From positions 3,782,001 to 3,846,000 of the forward strand of contig OX597816.1 of the NCBI GenBank assembly GCA_951406725.2: a stretch of DNA of 64,000 nucleotides, read 5' to 3'. This document shows, piece after piece, positions 1 to 12,949 of this stretch (the first letter of the stretch is position 1; the number at the start of each line of letters is the position of its first letter). A program made the translations under genes and the position numbers. The notes beneath the pieces were generated by a model. The model made no database searches and was not told where the DNA came from. It saw only the letters and a program-made list of their open reading frames with translations. The DNA comes from Octopus vulgaris. Its lineage: Eukaryota.

Positions 1-149
1 AAACCCATAAAAAATTACTTTTGAGTGTTTTTTGTGGGCCCGGAACGGATTAATTATATTTTAGTTAATTTCAATGAGAAAAATTGATTTGTAAAACGAA
101 TAAATCATAAGACGAGCTCGATCGTGGAACGAATTAAACTCGTATTGCG

Positions 150-151
<2 letters not shown>
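1..151. mobile_element. Truncated end of a Tigger/pogo-like DNA transposon
   Basis: Repeated subterminal motifs gaacggattaat and gaacgaattaaactcgta resemble Tigger-type ends (recall); the terminus is lost in (TA)n. Confidence 0.45.
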
Positions 152-201
<50 letters not shown>

Positions 202-343
202 ATCCATCCATCCATCCATCTCCAAACATATAAGAGATGGCTATAATAGGACATCTGACTCACTAGAAAGAGCAGTTAAACTCCAAACCACTAATAGTTG
301 TAATTCTGAAATGGAAAGAGAAATAAAAACGTTTACCCTCTCC

Positions 344-405
344 TTTCTGGACTATGCATAGTTTCGGCAATTATTTACCATTGGCGTTGCCATCTTCAGC
401 AGAAA
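344..405 (-). ncRNA. Type I hammerhead ribozyme motif, apparently intact
   Basis: Minus strand reads TTTCTG CTGAAGA T GGCAA-16 nt-TTGCC GAAA CTATGCATAG TC CAGAAA: 6-bp stem I, CUGANGA and GAAA core, 5-bp stem II, palindromic stem III, GUC cleavage triplet. Confidence 0.8.
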
Positions 406-519
406 ACCAAGGCTAGCATATATATATGTATATATTTATAATGTAGTGATGCTGATTATAAATAGATTCAATTATTACAACTCGGTAGAAATCCAATTTG
501 CTTTATCCTTTATCTTTTG

Positions 520-842
520 CTTCAGTCATTTCAATGCGGCTATGCTGGGGCACCACCTTGAAGGACTTTAGTTGAACAAATTTTCTTTTCTTTCATCCTG
601 ACACATATTTTATCGATCATTTCTATCCAACCGATAATGTTACAGCGACGTAAACACATCAAGCAGTGGTCACACACATACACGACGAGCTTCTTTCAGT
701 TTCCGTCTACTAAATCCACTCACAAGGCTTTGGTCGACCCGAAGTTGTAGTGGATGGCACTTGCTGAAGGTTCCACGCAGTGGGACTGAACCCCGATACT
801 TGTGGTTAGGAAACAAGCTTCTTACCGCACACAGGCACGCCT
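520..842 (-). mobile_element. SINE family B (tRNA-like head, CORE-like ccttgggcaagtg), degenerate
   Basis: Similar copies at about 3087-3445(+), 5187-5470(+), 7050-7570(-), 19125-20013(-), 23490-23705(+), 24967-25368(+), 27785-27945(+), 46340-46560(+), 51660-52450(-), 60700-60870(-). Confidence 0.8.
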
Positions 843-1359
843 GAAAGACTTTTCACTTTTATCTTATAATGTAAGAACAAAGTAACAGAAAGTAACGCAC
901 ACACACACACAAGATGGCGAGTTTTGATGATATCAGCCGAAAGGTTAAAATTTTTGCTATACACAGTTGTGTGAATGGGTGAGAGAGTAAGGAGAAAGAC
1001 AGAGAGAAAAAGAGAGAGGGTGAGTGAGAGAGCTTTTCCATTACGTTAAAAGAAATTGTATGAATAGAAGAAAGATGATATTTTAGTATGTTTTTAGCTA
1101 ATTCTTTGGATTGCAGAGATTTACTTTTTGTAATGGAATGTAATTAAACACTCCAGTCAGTAGTGTACACGTGTTGTATGTGTTCTTAAACCTTTATATC
1201 ATTTAAGAAATTGTGTTCTCATTTAACCCCAGGTCGGTTCCAACAGAACAGACTATCGGTGAAAAGCATCCCGGCAATGATTATGCTTCTAATACAATAT
1301 TAACCGGTGTAGTTTTGGTTATTTTAATTGTCTGTACGATGTAATTAAAGATAAAATTA

Positions 1360-1870
1360 CCGTAAATCCTTGAGTATAATCCGCATTTTTTCCCCAAAAT
1401 TTAAAGGTCAAAATCCCTAGTGCGTACTATATACGAGGTTAAAACTGAAAAATATTTTCTAAGCAATGTCTGAGTCTCTATTTGCTGTCTAGGAATGTTT
1501 ATTCAGACGCATTTTGTGATGTTGGGTGCGAAAATACCTTAAGCTAAACCTGAAAGCAATGAAGTCATAAAAGAATCATCCATAACTTGCAGTAAGCAAC
1601 ATTTATTAAACGTTATTACTGTTATTTCTTTATTTTCTGCAAACAAAATGCACAAAATAGCTACATCTTTGCATCATGTTATATATACAATAATAATAAA
1701 GGACGTTACTGTATACATTTTTACAAACCAAGGACGTTATATAGACCTCCTTGGCTCAAGTTAGAGAAGGGGTGCGTATTATACACAAGGTTTAGGTTTT
1801 TCAGAGGTACAGTCCCTAAAAATCCCCTGCGTATTATACTCAAGGGTGGACTATACTCGAGGATTTATGG
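1360..1870. mobile_element. Non-autonomous Tc2/pogo-like MITE
   Basis: Terminal inverted repeats ccgtaaatccttgagtataatcc / ggactatactcgaggatttatgg, TA on both sides, internal repeats of tgcgtattata. Confidence 0.8.
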
Positions 1871-2209
1871 TAAGTTGCTGCTATTTCTACCAATGAAATG
1901 ACCATGTGAGGCCCACTAACCTTGAGATGCAATAAGGACTAACGTTTTTTGGTTGGGATATTTGCCGAACAGGACAATTTGGTTGGTCTTGTATCTTAAA
2001 CCCTGTCACCATTCTCTCTCTTTAGATTTTTGCTTTCATTTGGGGAAGGTTTAAGGCGGCACGTAAGCAGAATCGTTAGTACATCGGACAAAACGCCAAG
2101 GGGCATTTCTTCCGGCTCTTTACGCTATGAGTTCAAATAATATCGGGTTCAACTTAGCCCTTCACCCTTCCAGTTCTCTAAAAAAAAGTACCGAACAAGA
2201 ACTGTGGTT

Positions 2210-2382
2210 CAGTTCTATATTTAAGAGATTAGGAATTATTTACATTATTTACATTCGACGGATATTTGTCCTCATCTTGTTTTCCCCAAGACACCTGAAG
2301 AAGGCTGGAGGGTATATCAGATGAAACGTTATGTTAACAACAAACAAGATGAGGACAAATATCCGTCAAATGTAAATAATGT
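2210..2382 (+). mobile_element. Short Penelope-type pLTR insert with inverted arms and hammerhead motif, inside a family A SINE
   Basis: 13-bp TSD aagaactgtggtt (2197-2209, 2383-2395). 42-bp inverted arms 2241-2282 and 2342-2383 with 1 mismatch. GACAC CTGAAGA A GGCTG..CAGAT GAAA CGTT ATGTT at 2290-2335. Confidence 0.72.
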
Positions 2383-3223
2383 AAGAACTGTGGTTGATGT
2401 AACTAACTGGCTCCTCCCTTCACAATTGGTGACCATGAGCAAGGATTAAAAAGAATTATCGGAAGGTTTAGGCTTTTATACTAATGTGTAATAGGGATCA
2501 CAGCTGTGGTTAGGAGCTGGGTTAAGAAACACTGAAATTGGATATCCTTTGGGAATTACTGCTTTGGTAAAGACCAATGTAATAACTAAATATCGTTTGG
2601 TCAGTTACTGCTTAACTGCGCTGTCTCAAGTTCAATTTACGCCACTGTCAACTTTAGAGTGGATCACGTCGATGAAAGAAGATTAAGTTATAGAAAAGTG
2701 GTTAGTTACGAGAAGAGAAAACGTGAGGCTCAGTGGTTGCCATATTTGGCTCGTAAGGTGGTAAGTTCGATTCCTGGTGGGGCGTTGCGTCACTGAGCAA
2801 GAGACTTTAACGTTGTTTCTGTCTATACAGTTGTCAAACATGAGTGGTACCTATAGATCAAAGGATCAGATTTGTCACATTCTGTGTCATACCGAATCTC
2901 CTTCAGAACTACTTTAATAGTACTCGTGTCTGTGGAGAGGTCTGTCACTTGGTCAGCCACGTTAATTTTCCCGTTAATCGAACACACATTGTCGTAACCG
3001 ACGGAGTGCCCATCAGTGAGAACAGGGACCCAAGCGATTGTTTTTGTACCATTATGAATCAGATAGAAACAAATATAAACTTGTATCGGCGCAGGCGTGG
3101 CTGTTTGGTAAGAAGCTTGCTTCCCAACCACATAGTTCCGGGTTCAGTCCCATTGCGTGGCAACTTGGGCAAATGTCTTCTCCTATAGCCTCGGGCCAAT
3201 CAAGACCATCGTGTGTGTGTGTG

Positions 3224-3260
<37 letters not shown>

Positions 3261-3501
3261 TTGTGTATCTGTGTTTGTCTCCACGCCATCGCTGGTGTGT
3301 TTACGTCCCGGTAACCTAGCAGTTCGGTAAAAGAGACCGATAGAATAAATATTAGCCTTACAAAGAATAAGTACTGACGTCGATTTGTTCAACTAAAGGC
3401 GGTGCTCCAGCATGACCACTATCAAATGAGTGAAACAAGTAAAATAATGTTTTAATTTGGTTTATTCTGTTGGTTTTACAGAAGAGCAACATAAATATCG
3501 T

Positions 3502-3853
3502 GGCACTCCGTCGGTTACGACGACGAAGGTTCCAGTTGATCCGATCAACAGAGCAGCCTTCTCATGAAATTAACGTGCAAGTGGCTGAGCACTCCACAGA
3601 TACGTGTGCTCTTAACGTAGTTCTCGGGAGATTCAGCGTGACACAGAGTGTGACAAGGCTGGCCCTTTGAAATACAGGTACAACAGAAAAGAGAAAGTTG
3701 TGGCGAAGGTGTAGAGCCGGGTTCACCACCTCCCCTGCCTCGTGGAGCTTTAGGCGTTTTCGCTCAATAATCACAATGCCCGGTCTGGGAATCGAAACCG
3801 TGGTCCTACTACCGCGAGTCCACTGCCCTAACCACTGGACCATTGCGCTTCCA
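3502..3853 (-). mobile_element. SINE with family D head and family C tail
   Basis: Head matches 61950-62130; tail (ctgaatctcccgagaactacg...gtcgtaaccgacggagtgcc) matches 42720-42869 and 2870-3010. Confidence 0.8.
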
Positions 3854-4577
3854 CAACATAAGTATTAACCACTGGGCCATTGCGCCTCACAACATTAAGT
3901 ATAGAACTTAACTGAATGAGTGGAGTTCATTGAATAAGTGTGTTGACAATGAACTTGATTTAATAGATGCTCTCATGGTGCGTACATTGACACCACAACC
4001 TCTTGGATTTGATAAAGATTAGTGAGAATTTTACATTTACAGAATTGATGGGTTGTTGATAAAAAAAAGCAGAAGCAATGAATTGAGGAGCAACATTCAG
4101 TTATAGACTTAATTGAATAGAACTTTGCCCTAACAAAAAAACCGATTGGCATCTTGCCTGCCAAATCGACCTGTATCATAATAAAGCGATAGTGATCGGC
4201 AAATCGTCACGCAGTCGACTCTGCTGGTTTTTACACCGTCGCTAAAGTGATATCACTCTTGGCATTATTAATGAAATAGTAAAAAGAAAAAGTAAAAATG
4301 CTGGCAAGCGTTTGGAAAAGGGCGGTTCTAATAGGACATTGATCGCTGGCTGGTCTCTGATGGTTTATGGGTCAGTGGGTTAGCCAATTCATCACTGCAT
4401 TACCTTAGGCAAGTGTCGCCACTGAAACGAGGTGCCAGCCTCATCAATTTCCGACAAATCCTGATATATAAATGATTAATATTTTTTAATCTCAGCTCCT
4501 TTATTTCACCAACAGACAAAGCCATTACTGGTCTGTGAACTGTATGTATGCACGCAAGGATGAATATCTGTAAGCAT

Positions 4578-4644
<67 letters not shown>

Positions 4645-4847
4645 GTATGTGTTATGCATGCGTATGTGTGTGTGCATGTGTATGTGTATGTATGTATGTG
4701 CATGATTAACCACCTCCCTATGTGTTCTGACACGTTTCTATATACATAAGTAAGTTCACAGGTTCTGCGAATCCTGCAAATCATAAATGGGATAATATTA
4801 ATTAAACACATTGAGATGTAGAAGTCGTTGAATTTATATTTGATTCA

Positions 4848-4892
<45 letters not shown>

Positions 4893-5899
4893 CTCATAGA
4901 ATTAACGTGTAAGTGGTCAATCATTTCACAAACACGACTACCTTTTAAGGGTGACACAGTGTGTTTGACAAGGCTTTAAATTTCGAATTGCAGCTAGAGT
5001 GTACCCTGTGATCTGTTATACAGTTTTTATCAGCCCAACTGCACTCTGAAGATATGGAGCAACCCCAGGCTGTAAAAACTTAGATTAGCCCATGATAACA
5101 CGCTGTAGGATTAAACGCAACAACTTATGGGTGTGAAGTAAACTTCTCTCCCATTCGAACATAGAGCACGCGCGCACACACAATAAAGCGCAGGTGTAGC
5201 TGTGTGGTAAGCAGCTTGCTTGTCAACCACATAATTCCAAGTTCGGTTCCACTGCGTGGCACCTTGCGCAAGTGTCTTCTACCATAGCCTCTGGCCAACC
5301 AGACACTTGTGTTTGTTTACGTCCTCGTAACTTCGCAGTTCGGCAAATGAGACTGATAGAATAAGTGCCAAGCTGAAAAAAAAATACTAAGGTCGATTTA
5401 TTTGGCTAAAAATTCTTCAAGTGGTACACCAGCATAGCCGTAGTCTAATGACTGATACCATAAAAGACGTATATTAAGTGCGATCAGTTTTTGTTAAATG
5501 ACTTGCACAAATGATTCGTTTATAGTGATCAAATGCATATGCCTATCCCCGCCCATCAAATTGACGTTACCTGAACAGGTGTAGCACGCGTCAGGTGTCG
5601 AATTAATCACAAAGCAACGCGAGACGAAGTGTTTTTCCCAAGAACACAATGCATCACCCCAGTCCAGGAGTTGGAACCAAGATCTCCCAATCGTGAGTGC
5701 AAACCTTGAACACCAGTCTCATGCGCCCCACCCCGCCCCATACGAATGCATTTCTTTCAGATATTATTTAGCATTTGCTGCTTTTCCATCTTCGTTCATT
5801 CACGTGCTTATTGATTACAAATGTTTGTGTTTGTGTGTGAGTGTCCTCTTTATCTTTAATTAAAAAAAGCATGACGTGTCTCAAAATAGCGATTGAAAT

Positions 5900-6490
5900 A
5901 TTCTTTTTTACTCTAGGCACAAGGCCTGAAATTTCTGGGGAGGGGGCCAGCTGGTACTTAATTTATCGACCCCGAAAGGATGAAAGGCAAAGTCGACCTC
6001 GGCGGAATTTGAGCTCAGAACGTAACGGCAGGCGAAATACCTATTTCTTTACTACCCACAAGGGGCTAAACACAGAAGGAACAAACAAGGACAGACAAAC
6101 GGATTAAGTCGATTAGATCGACCCCAGTGCGTAACTGGTACTTATTTAATCGACCCCGAAAGGATGAAAGGCGGAATTTGAACTCAGAAGGTAGCGGCAG
6201 ATGAAATACTGCTAAGCGTTTCGCCCGGTGTGCTAACGACTCTGACAGCTCGCTGCCTAATATTAATCAAAATATTCTATTCTACAGTTGGCACAAGGCT
6301 CGAAATTTTGGGGGAGGGGGCCAGTCAATTAGATCGACCCCAGAATACAACTGGTACTCAATTTATCGACCCCGAAAGGATGAAAAGCAAAGTCGACCTC
6401 GGCGGAATTTGAACTCAGAACGTAACAGCAGACGAAATACCGCTAAGCATTTCGCCCGACGTGTTAACGTTTCTGCCAGCTCGCCGCCTT
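5900..6490 (-). mobile_element. Multimeric cluster of family A SINEs
   Basis: Three to four partial or complete units with Pol III A/B-box-like head (gagctggcagaaacgttag, gagttcaaattcc) and core gcctttcatcctttcggggtcgataaattaagtaccag. Confidence 0.85.
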
Positions 6491-7284
6491 TATATTGATC
6501 AAAATATCGATCTACCAATGCTAGTTCATTTTTATCTTTATCGCTAACATCAAGAGCTGCTGTACTTGTGATTCGAAGGTTGACATTAGCAAACGGATTA
6601 AAGTTTGTTTTGTTTTTTTTCTCATCATTCTATCTTTAAGGGAAGGGGAAAAAAATCAATGAAACTTGTTTTATACGGAAGAGAAAATTGTAGTAGCGAG
6701 AGATATATTTCTCGTGTTTGCCTAAAGTGATAACTTTGACTAAAAGTAGTAAATAAATATATAAAGCAATAATGATATTAAAAGAGTAAGTGTGTAAGTT
6801 TATATGGCTAATTTTGAACTGAGATAATAAATCACGTGCCGTATAAAATGCTGAATAAATGAAAAAAACAGAAACAAAAGGAAAATGAGAAGGATGTCTC
6901 GTCATTTGGCTGCAGAAGATGATATATCTTAAATCTCTCAGAATTAGGGCAGGGAGAGGAATTGCTCTTTAGGATTGTTTAACATGGTGGATTTTTTTTT
7001 ATTTAATGGCGAAATGTTCTTGGTTGCATTCTCACTTTATCGTTTATCTTTTACTTCTTTCAGTCATTGGAGTGCGCCCATGCTGGGGCACCACCTGGAA
7101 GGGGTACTCGAACAGATCGACCACAGCACTTATGTTTGCTTACGTTTTTAAAGGCTGGTACTTATTCTATCGTTGTCAGTTGCCGAACCGCCAGGTGAGG
7201 TGGATGAAACAAAGCAACGCTAATTGCCAAATGGTGGTATGGATAACCAATACGCAATGACACATAAACACATGCATATGTATG

Positions 7285-7326
<42 letters not shown>

Positions 7327-7358
7327 CACACATATATATGCATGTGCGTATGCATGTG

Positions 7359-7392
<34 letters not shown>

Positions 7393-8127
7393 CATACATA
7401 CATACATACACATATATACGACGGGCTTCCATATAGTTTCCATCTATTGGATTCGCATTCACTGACAAGGAATTAGTTGGCCCGAGGCTGTAGTACAAGG
7501 CAGTTTGCTACGCAATGTGATTGAACCAGAAATCTCGTGACTGCAACACACGTTTCTTAAGCACAGCCATTCTACTTTCATCATCTGAGGATCGTAAAAC
7601 CAATAACCAATACGTAATCGATACTAGACTCTTCCGGAAGATGTGATCATGTGCCTCTGCTACAAATCAGAACCATCTGCCCACTTAAATTATTTATAAA
7701 ATGTATTTAACCTCATCCAAACTAAAACTGCTACATTAAAATAGTGTTTGCCAAGATCTTCTCTTTCTCTCTCGCTTTGCGCTGCAAATTACAAGAATGG
7801 TTTATTTCCTTTTCTGACAGCAAAGAAATCCTATATTTTAAGAGACAGCCTGACTTGTTCATGTTTTACAAGAGGGTTCGTAGCGTAAGTGCTGTAGCAG
7901 CAACGAAGAAGCGGAAATAAGTTACTCCCTGACGCAATTAGTTTTAATTAATGACGCTTATTAGCAGTGTTATATCATTTTGCATCACCTTTAAAGACTT
8001 GTGGCTGTTGATGTACTTTTTATAAAGAATTTATTTTAATTTTACAGCTTTTCCGAGAAGCATTAGCAATGTAAGTAAACCGAAAGGAATTCCGATGAAA
8101 CGCAGTTTTGATATGCTTCGAGCTGAA

Positions 8128-8776
8128 GGCGGCGAGCTGGGGGAAACGGTAGCACGCCGGGCGAAATGCGTAGTCGTATTTCGTCTGCCGCTACGTTCTG
8201 AGTTCAAATTCCGCCGAGGTAGACTTTGCCTTTCATCCTTTCGGGGTCGATAAATTAAGTACCGGTTGTGCACTGGGGTCGATGTAATCTACTTAATCCG
8301 TTTATCTGTCCTTGTTTGCCCTCTTTGTGTTTAGCCCCTTGTGGGTAGTAAAGAAATAGGTATTTCGTCTGTCAAAGGCGGCGAGCTGGCAGAAACGTTA
8401 GCACGCCGGGAGAAAGGCTTAGCGGTATTTCGTCTGCCATTACGTTGTGAGTTCAAATTCCGCCGAGGTCAACTTTGCCTTTCATCCTTTCGGGGTCGAT
8501 AAATTAAGTACCAGTTACAGACTGCGGTCGATAAGATCGGCTTAATCTGTTTGTCTGTCCTTGTTTGTCCTTTCTGTGTTTAGCCCCTTGTGGGTAGTAA
8601 AGAAATAGGTATTTCGTCCGTCTTTACGTTCTGAGTTCAAATTCCGCCGCGGTCGACTTTGCCGTTCATCCTTTCGGGGTCGATAAATTAAGTACCAGTT
8701 GCATACTGAAGTCGATCTAATCGACTGGCCCCCTCCTCCAAAGTTTCGGGCCTGGTGCCTAGAGCAGAAAAGAATA
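8128..8776 (+). mobile_element. Trimeric self-nested family A SINE array
   Basis: Unit-tailA, ggtatttcgtctgtc, full unit-tailA, ggtatttcgtccgtc, core-tailB. Older degenerate copies follow at about 8820-9500. Confidence 0.88.
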
Positions 8777-10779
8777 CACTTCGAGCTGACTAAGTTCTGT
8801 GTTGTTACTCACGTAATAATCTTTCTACTGTTGGTAAGGCATGAAATTCTTGTGGGGAGGGGCTAGTCAATTGCAACAACCCAAATTCTCAACTGGTGTC
8901 TATCGACTCAGGAAGGATGATATGTAAAGCCAGCCTCGTCAACATTTGAACTTCGAAACCCTTTTGTGCGATGCGGTAACGATTCTGCCCGCTCGCTGCT
9001 TTTTACTCTCTAATTACAAAGTTCTAACGAGAGCGGCACGGCTGGCAGAATCTTTAGCAATCCGGATAAAATGATTTGCTGCACTTCGTCCGTTTTTACG
9101 TTCTAAGTCGAAATTCTGTCGACTTCGATTTTGCCTTCCATCCTTTCGGGAACGATAAAGTAAGTACCAGTTGACTACTGGGGCCGATGTAATCGACTTA
9201 CCCCCTCCCCCGAAATTGTGGACCTTGAAATCAAGTTCTAACATGGTGCTCTGTTCCACATGGAATAACAGGAAGTAACACGTAACATGATGCCCCTAAC
9301 GTTTCAAATTTAGGATACATGAACAGCCGAGAGTATCGGCCTCGGCTTAGTTTGTCGATTCCGAGGAGATGATTGGTACGTTAGTTTAACGATTCCGGGA
9401 TGAAAGTCGAAGGTGATTTATGAGAATTTTGAACCTAGAACATAAAGAATCGAAACAAATGCCAGGAAATGTGACCGACACTAACGATTCAGACAATCCA
9501 AATATTAAAACACAAAGAAACTCAGCACATGATGTTCATGTTAGCTTAACAATACGAAAACGAACAAGCCAAAGAATCATTTATATATTATCATTAGACA
9601 CAAGTCTCCAGCGTTATAATGTCGGCATTTTGGGGCTGAAGGAGCATTAACGGCATAACGAGGAGGAACTACTACTCCAACAAAGAATCACTTCTTAGCG
9701 AGTTCGTTTCTCCGACGTGTGTCTACGATTTTAAAATATTCGCTAAAACGACACAAAAGTATATTAAGACAATGTTTGGTGAGTCAAACTAGTTTTTTTT
9801 TTTTTTAAAAAAAAAGCTAATTTTCATGATAGCGTCTCATAACTATCGATTATCATTTTTTTGCAGGAAATATAATCTTGGTTTATTATGTGATTACAAT
9901 AACTGCAGACGTTATTAATTTGATATTTTCATAAATGCTCTTTATCTGTAAAACCTAAAAGGTTTCAATACGAAGATAATACATCATGGCGCATTTAAAT
10001 TAGGTTCAACATTGTTAGTATTGACATTGGTATTCTTGTTATTGAGGGAGAAAAAAGCAGAAAACGTTGTTATTTTAGTAATTATGAGGATGATAATAAT
10101 AATAATAATGATTATGATAATAATGATAGTGATAATAATAATAATAATAACAATGATAATAATAATGATAATGTGATTATTATTGTTGTTGTTGCTGCTT
10201 TAATTAACATTGAAAGAATATTCAGTGATAATGATGCGAATGACGATGCAATTCTCTTCAGTAATTCTTCATTTATTCTTTAGATATTAATGGAGTTCTA
10301 TCGTTCCGTGCAATGCCGTTTCATTTACACACACACACACGCGCGCGCGCTAACACAGCACGCACGTACATGCGTATACTGATTCATTTGTTTAGAATTG
10401 AAGACATACAACGAAACCTCGTTTTTCTTCGTTATGCAATCTTTATAAACAGATGTGGAAATACGTGAAACTTGTGAGTCTGAAACCAGTTTTGCTCTAT
10501 TCCTAACCTTCTCCTCTTTTATATAAAATAAATACTGGAAACACCTTTTACCACATGGAATATTATTAGTTCAGTTCTGGGCCTCAGCAATAGCTACAAC
10601 ACCAACAGCACAACGAAACGGATAAGCTTTATAAAATGGTTTAGAAATTCTTATCTACGTCTCCTGGGTTTTAATCTTAAATCATGATATATTCCATTAC
10701 TGTAAGACAATGGTTCCCAACCTGGGGTCCGCGGACCCTAGGTAGTCTAAATTCAAAATTAATTATATATATATATATA

Positions 10780-11298
10780 TCAAAAACAAGAACAGAAGTG
10801 CTACTTTCTTAAAATTTGGTACATTTTAATTTTCCTTTTACATGTTTCGGTTTTTGAAAAACCTTATCAAAAAAATGTACCAAAATGGAATATGTAGAGA
10901 GAAAAAAACTATTAGGAAAATTAAATTAAGATTACCATTCATAGTTTACTTTCGTTTTTTCTTCAAGAACACGTGATAATATCCTTTGATTCTCGTAGCA
11001 TAAGTTCAACTGACTGTGACGGCAAATTACTACTATCTGTTTTTGTAAATTGATAATGGTAAACAGTCAGTTTAACTTGTCATGCTACCAGAACCAAAGG
11101 ATATTATCACGTGTTCTTGCAGAAAAAACGAAAGTAAATTATGAATGCTAATTTTAATTTTTTTAATAGTTCTATTCTCTTTACATATTCCATTTTGGTG
11201 CATTTTTTGATAAGGTTTTTCAAAAACCGAAACATGTAAAAGGAAAATTAAACTGTACCCAATTTTAAGAAAGTAGCACTTGCGTTCTTGTTTTTCAT
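10780..11298. repeat. Long imperfect inverted repeat (~235-bp arms, ~45-bp spacer), one hammerhead motif per arm
   Basis: aaaaacaagaacagaagtgctactttcttaaaatt... is mirrored by ...aattttaagaaagtagcacttgcgttcttgttttt. Hammerhead motifs at 11203-11242(+) and about 10835-10875(-). Confidence 0.9.
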
Positions 11299-11350
11299 AA
11301 ATATCTACTTACTCGTGTGTTACCTCTACAGATCTTTTCAAATATATATA

Positions 11351-11549
11351 TGACCTCGTGTGTACCGTTGGCGATTTTTTTTCCTCTGTCTTCCCTTCTC
11401 TGGATCTTTCCTTCTCCTAAGTTTCCGACGAAGAGCTCCGCTCGAAACATTAAACCCTTCTTCTTTCCTTCTTTCCTGAGCGTCTAATAATACTATATTT
11501 GTTCCACGTCCTTGCGTTGTTGTGTTTTTTTGTGCTTTATTGTTTGGAT

Positions 11550-11553
<4 letters not shown>
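11351..11553 (+). mobile_element. Penelope-type 3' fragment with degenerate hammerhead, ending in (TA)n
   Basis: GTTT CCGACGA A GAGC TCC GCTC GAAA CATT AAAC at 11421-11455; related to 34630-34785 and 62290-62450. Confidence 0.65.
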
Positions 11554-11624
<71 letters not shown>

Positions 11625-11929
11625 GATAAGCATATTAAAAGGGGTCTGTGGGAATACTCATTTAAATAAAAGGGTTGGGAACCAGTGCTGTAAGATAAGC
11701 AGTGAAAATCCTTCTATCGGTTATATGGAATAGAGAATTTTAAAGATGAAATCTACCCAAATTGAAATCAAGTTGGACGACAGACGTCTTTCATTGTCTG
11801 TGAAAATAACGGCCAGAAATGGTCAGAGTTATTTCAAGAGCGATAATCTCTATCAGTTGGTGTTCCAACCGATTGAAATCAATCATGGAAGAGGACAATA
11901 CAATGTTAACAATCCGAGAGTGAATTGCC

Positions 11930-12215
11930 ATCACCCAGCCGTCACCACCGTCACTGACCCCTATACCACCACCATCCTTACAGCACCGCCAATATTGTTG
12001 CCACTACCAACAACAACACAAATATATTCCCAACCACCGACATTGCCATCACCACTACTCCCGCTGTCACCTCCACCAGCTCCACCTCTGCCACAATTAC
12101 CACAACGCCGCCACCACCGACACGGCCTCCTACACGGCCACTGCCATCACCGCAGTCGCTGCCGCCACCAACGCCGCCATCACCACCAAAGCCGCCAACG
12201 TCGACACCGCAACTC
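11930..12215. repeat. Degenerate (CCA/CAC/CCG)n low-complexity tract
   Basis: Trinucleotide periodicity; similar tract at 61170-61390. Confidence 0.85.
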
Positions 12216-12949
12216 ATTATAAAACACAACCGACATGGCCACGGTTGTGCTTATAAAACTTTAAAACTATTTGGAACCGTATTTTAGAGAGAATGTTTGC
12301 AAACTGCCGAAACTCAGTTTAGATAACGAACCACTTCTGGTGATGGCGATGAGACGGAGGACAACGAAGCAGGCTTACGTTAAAAGTTATCTACGTCGTT
12401 TGAGATTAAATGATTAAATGTGATAAAAAGATATTAAACAATACATGTCTGTCTGTATAGAGCTTCTATTGTTATGAACAAACATCTAAAGGATGTCTGT
12501 AACAGCATCAAGTGATAATGAAATTACGTAACTTAAGGCAATCAAGTAATGAGAACACCATTTAGAAAGATATTAATAATTATCTGTCTCGGCAAATTAG
12601 ATTTTGATACTTACTGGCATAACAAGTAAGGTTAATAATAAAGTTTACAGCACAATAGCTCCGTCTTGTGGAAAGAAGTGAGTACAATAGCGTGGTGCTG
12701 TGGTTTGATCCTATCACAACGTGTTGCCGATATGAAGGGATTAGCCTAAACGTGGTCTCTGATGGATCTCCGTTAAAGCGGCAATGAACAACACATACAG
12801 AACAAGAAGGTGAAATGCTAAAATTAGACAACTGATCATGTTGAAGTTTTGTAGTCAAATGTGTTGGGGATTCATTGTTAATGGTAATCCCCACCCCTCT
12901 ACATGTTTATTTTTTGTTTGTAATCGAGAAACAAAAACCAAAATCGAAT

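Larger units (their letters stand above)
10708..11687. mobile_element. hAT (Charlie-like) MITE carrying nested inserts
   Basis: TIRs caatggttcccaacc / ggttgggaaccagtg; perfect 8-bp TSD ctgtaaga at 10700-10707 and 11688-11695. Confidence 0.88.

Noticed and set aside
11746-12222. Pro/His-rich 158-aa ORF (also 61097-61534)
   Set aside because: Explained by degenerate CCA/CAC repeats; no domain or splice support.
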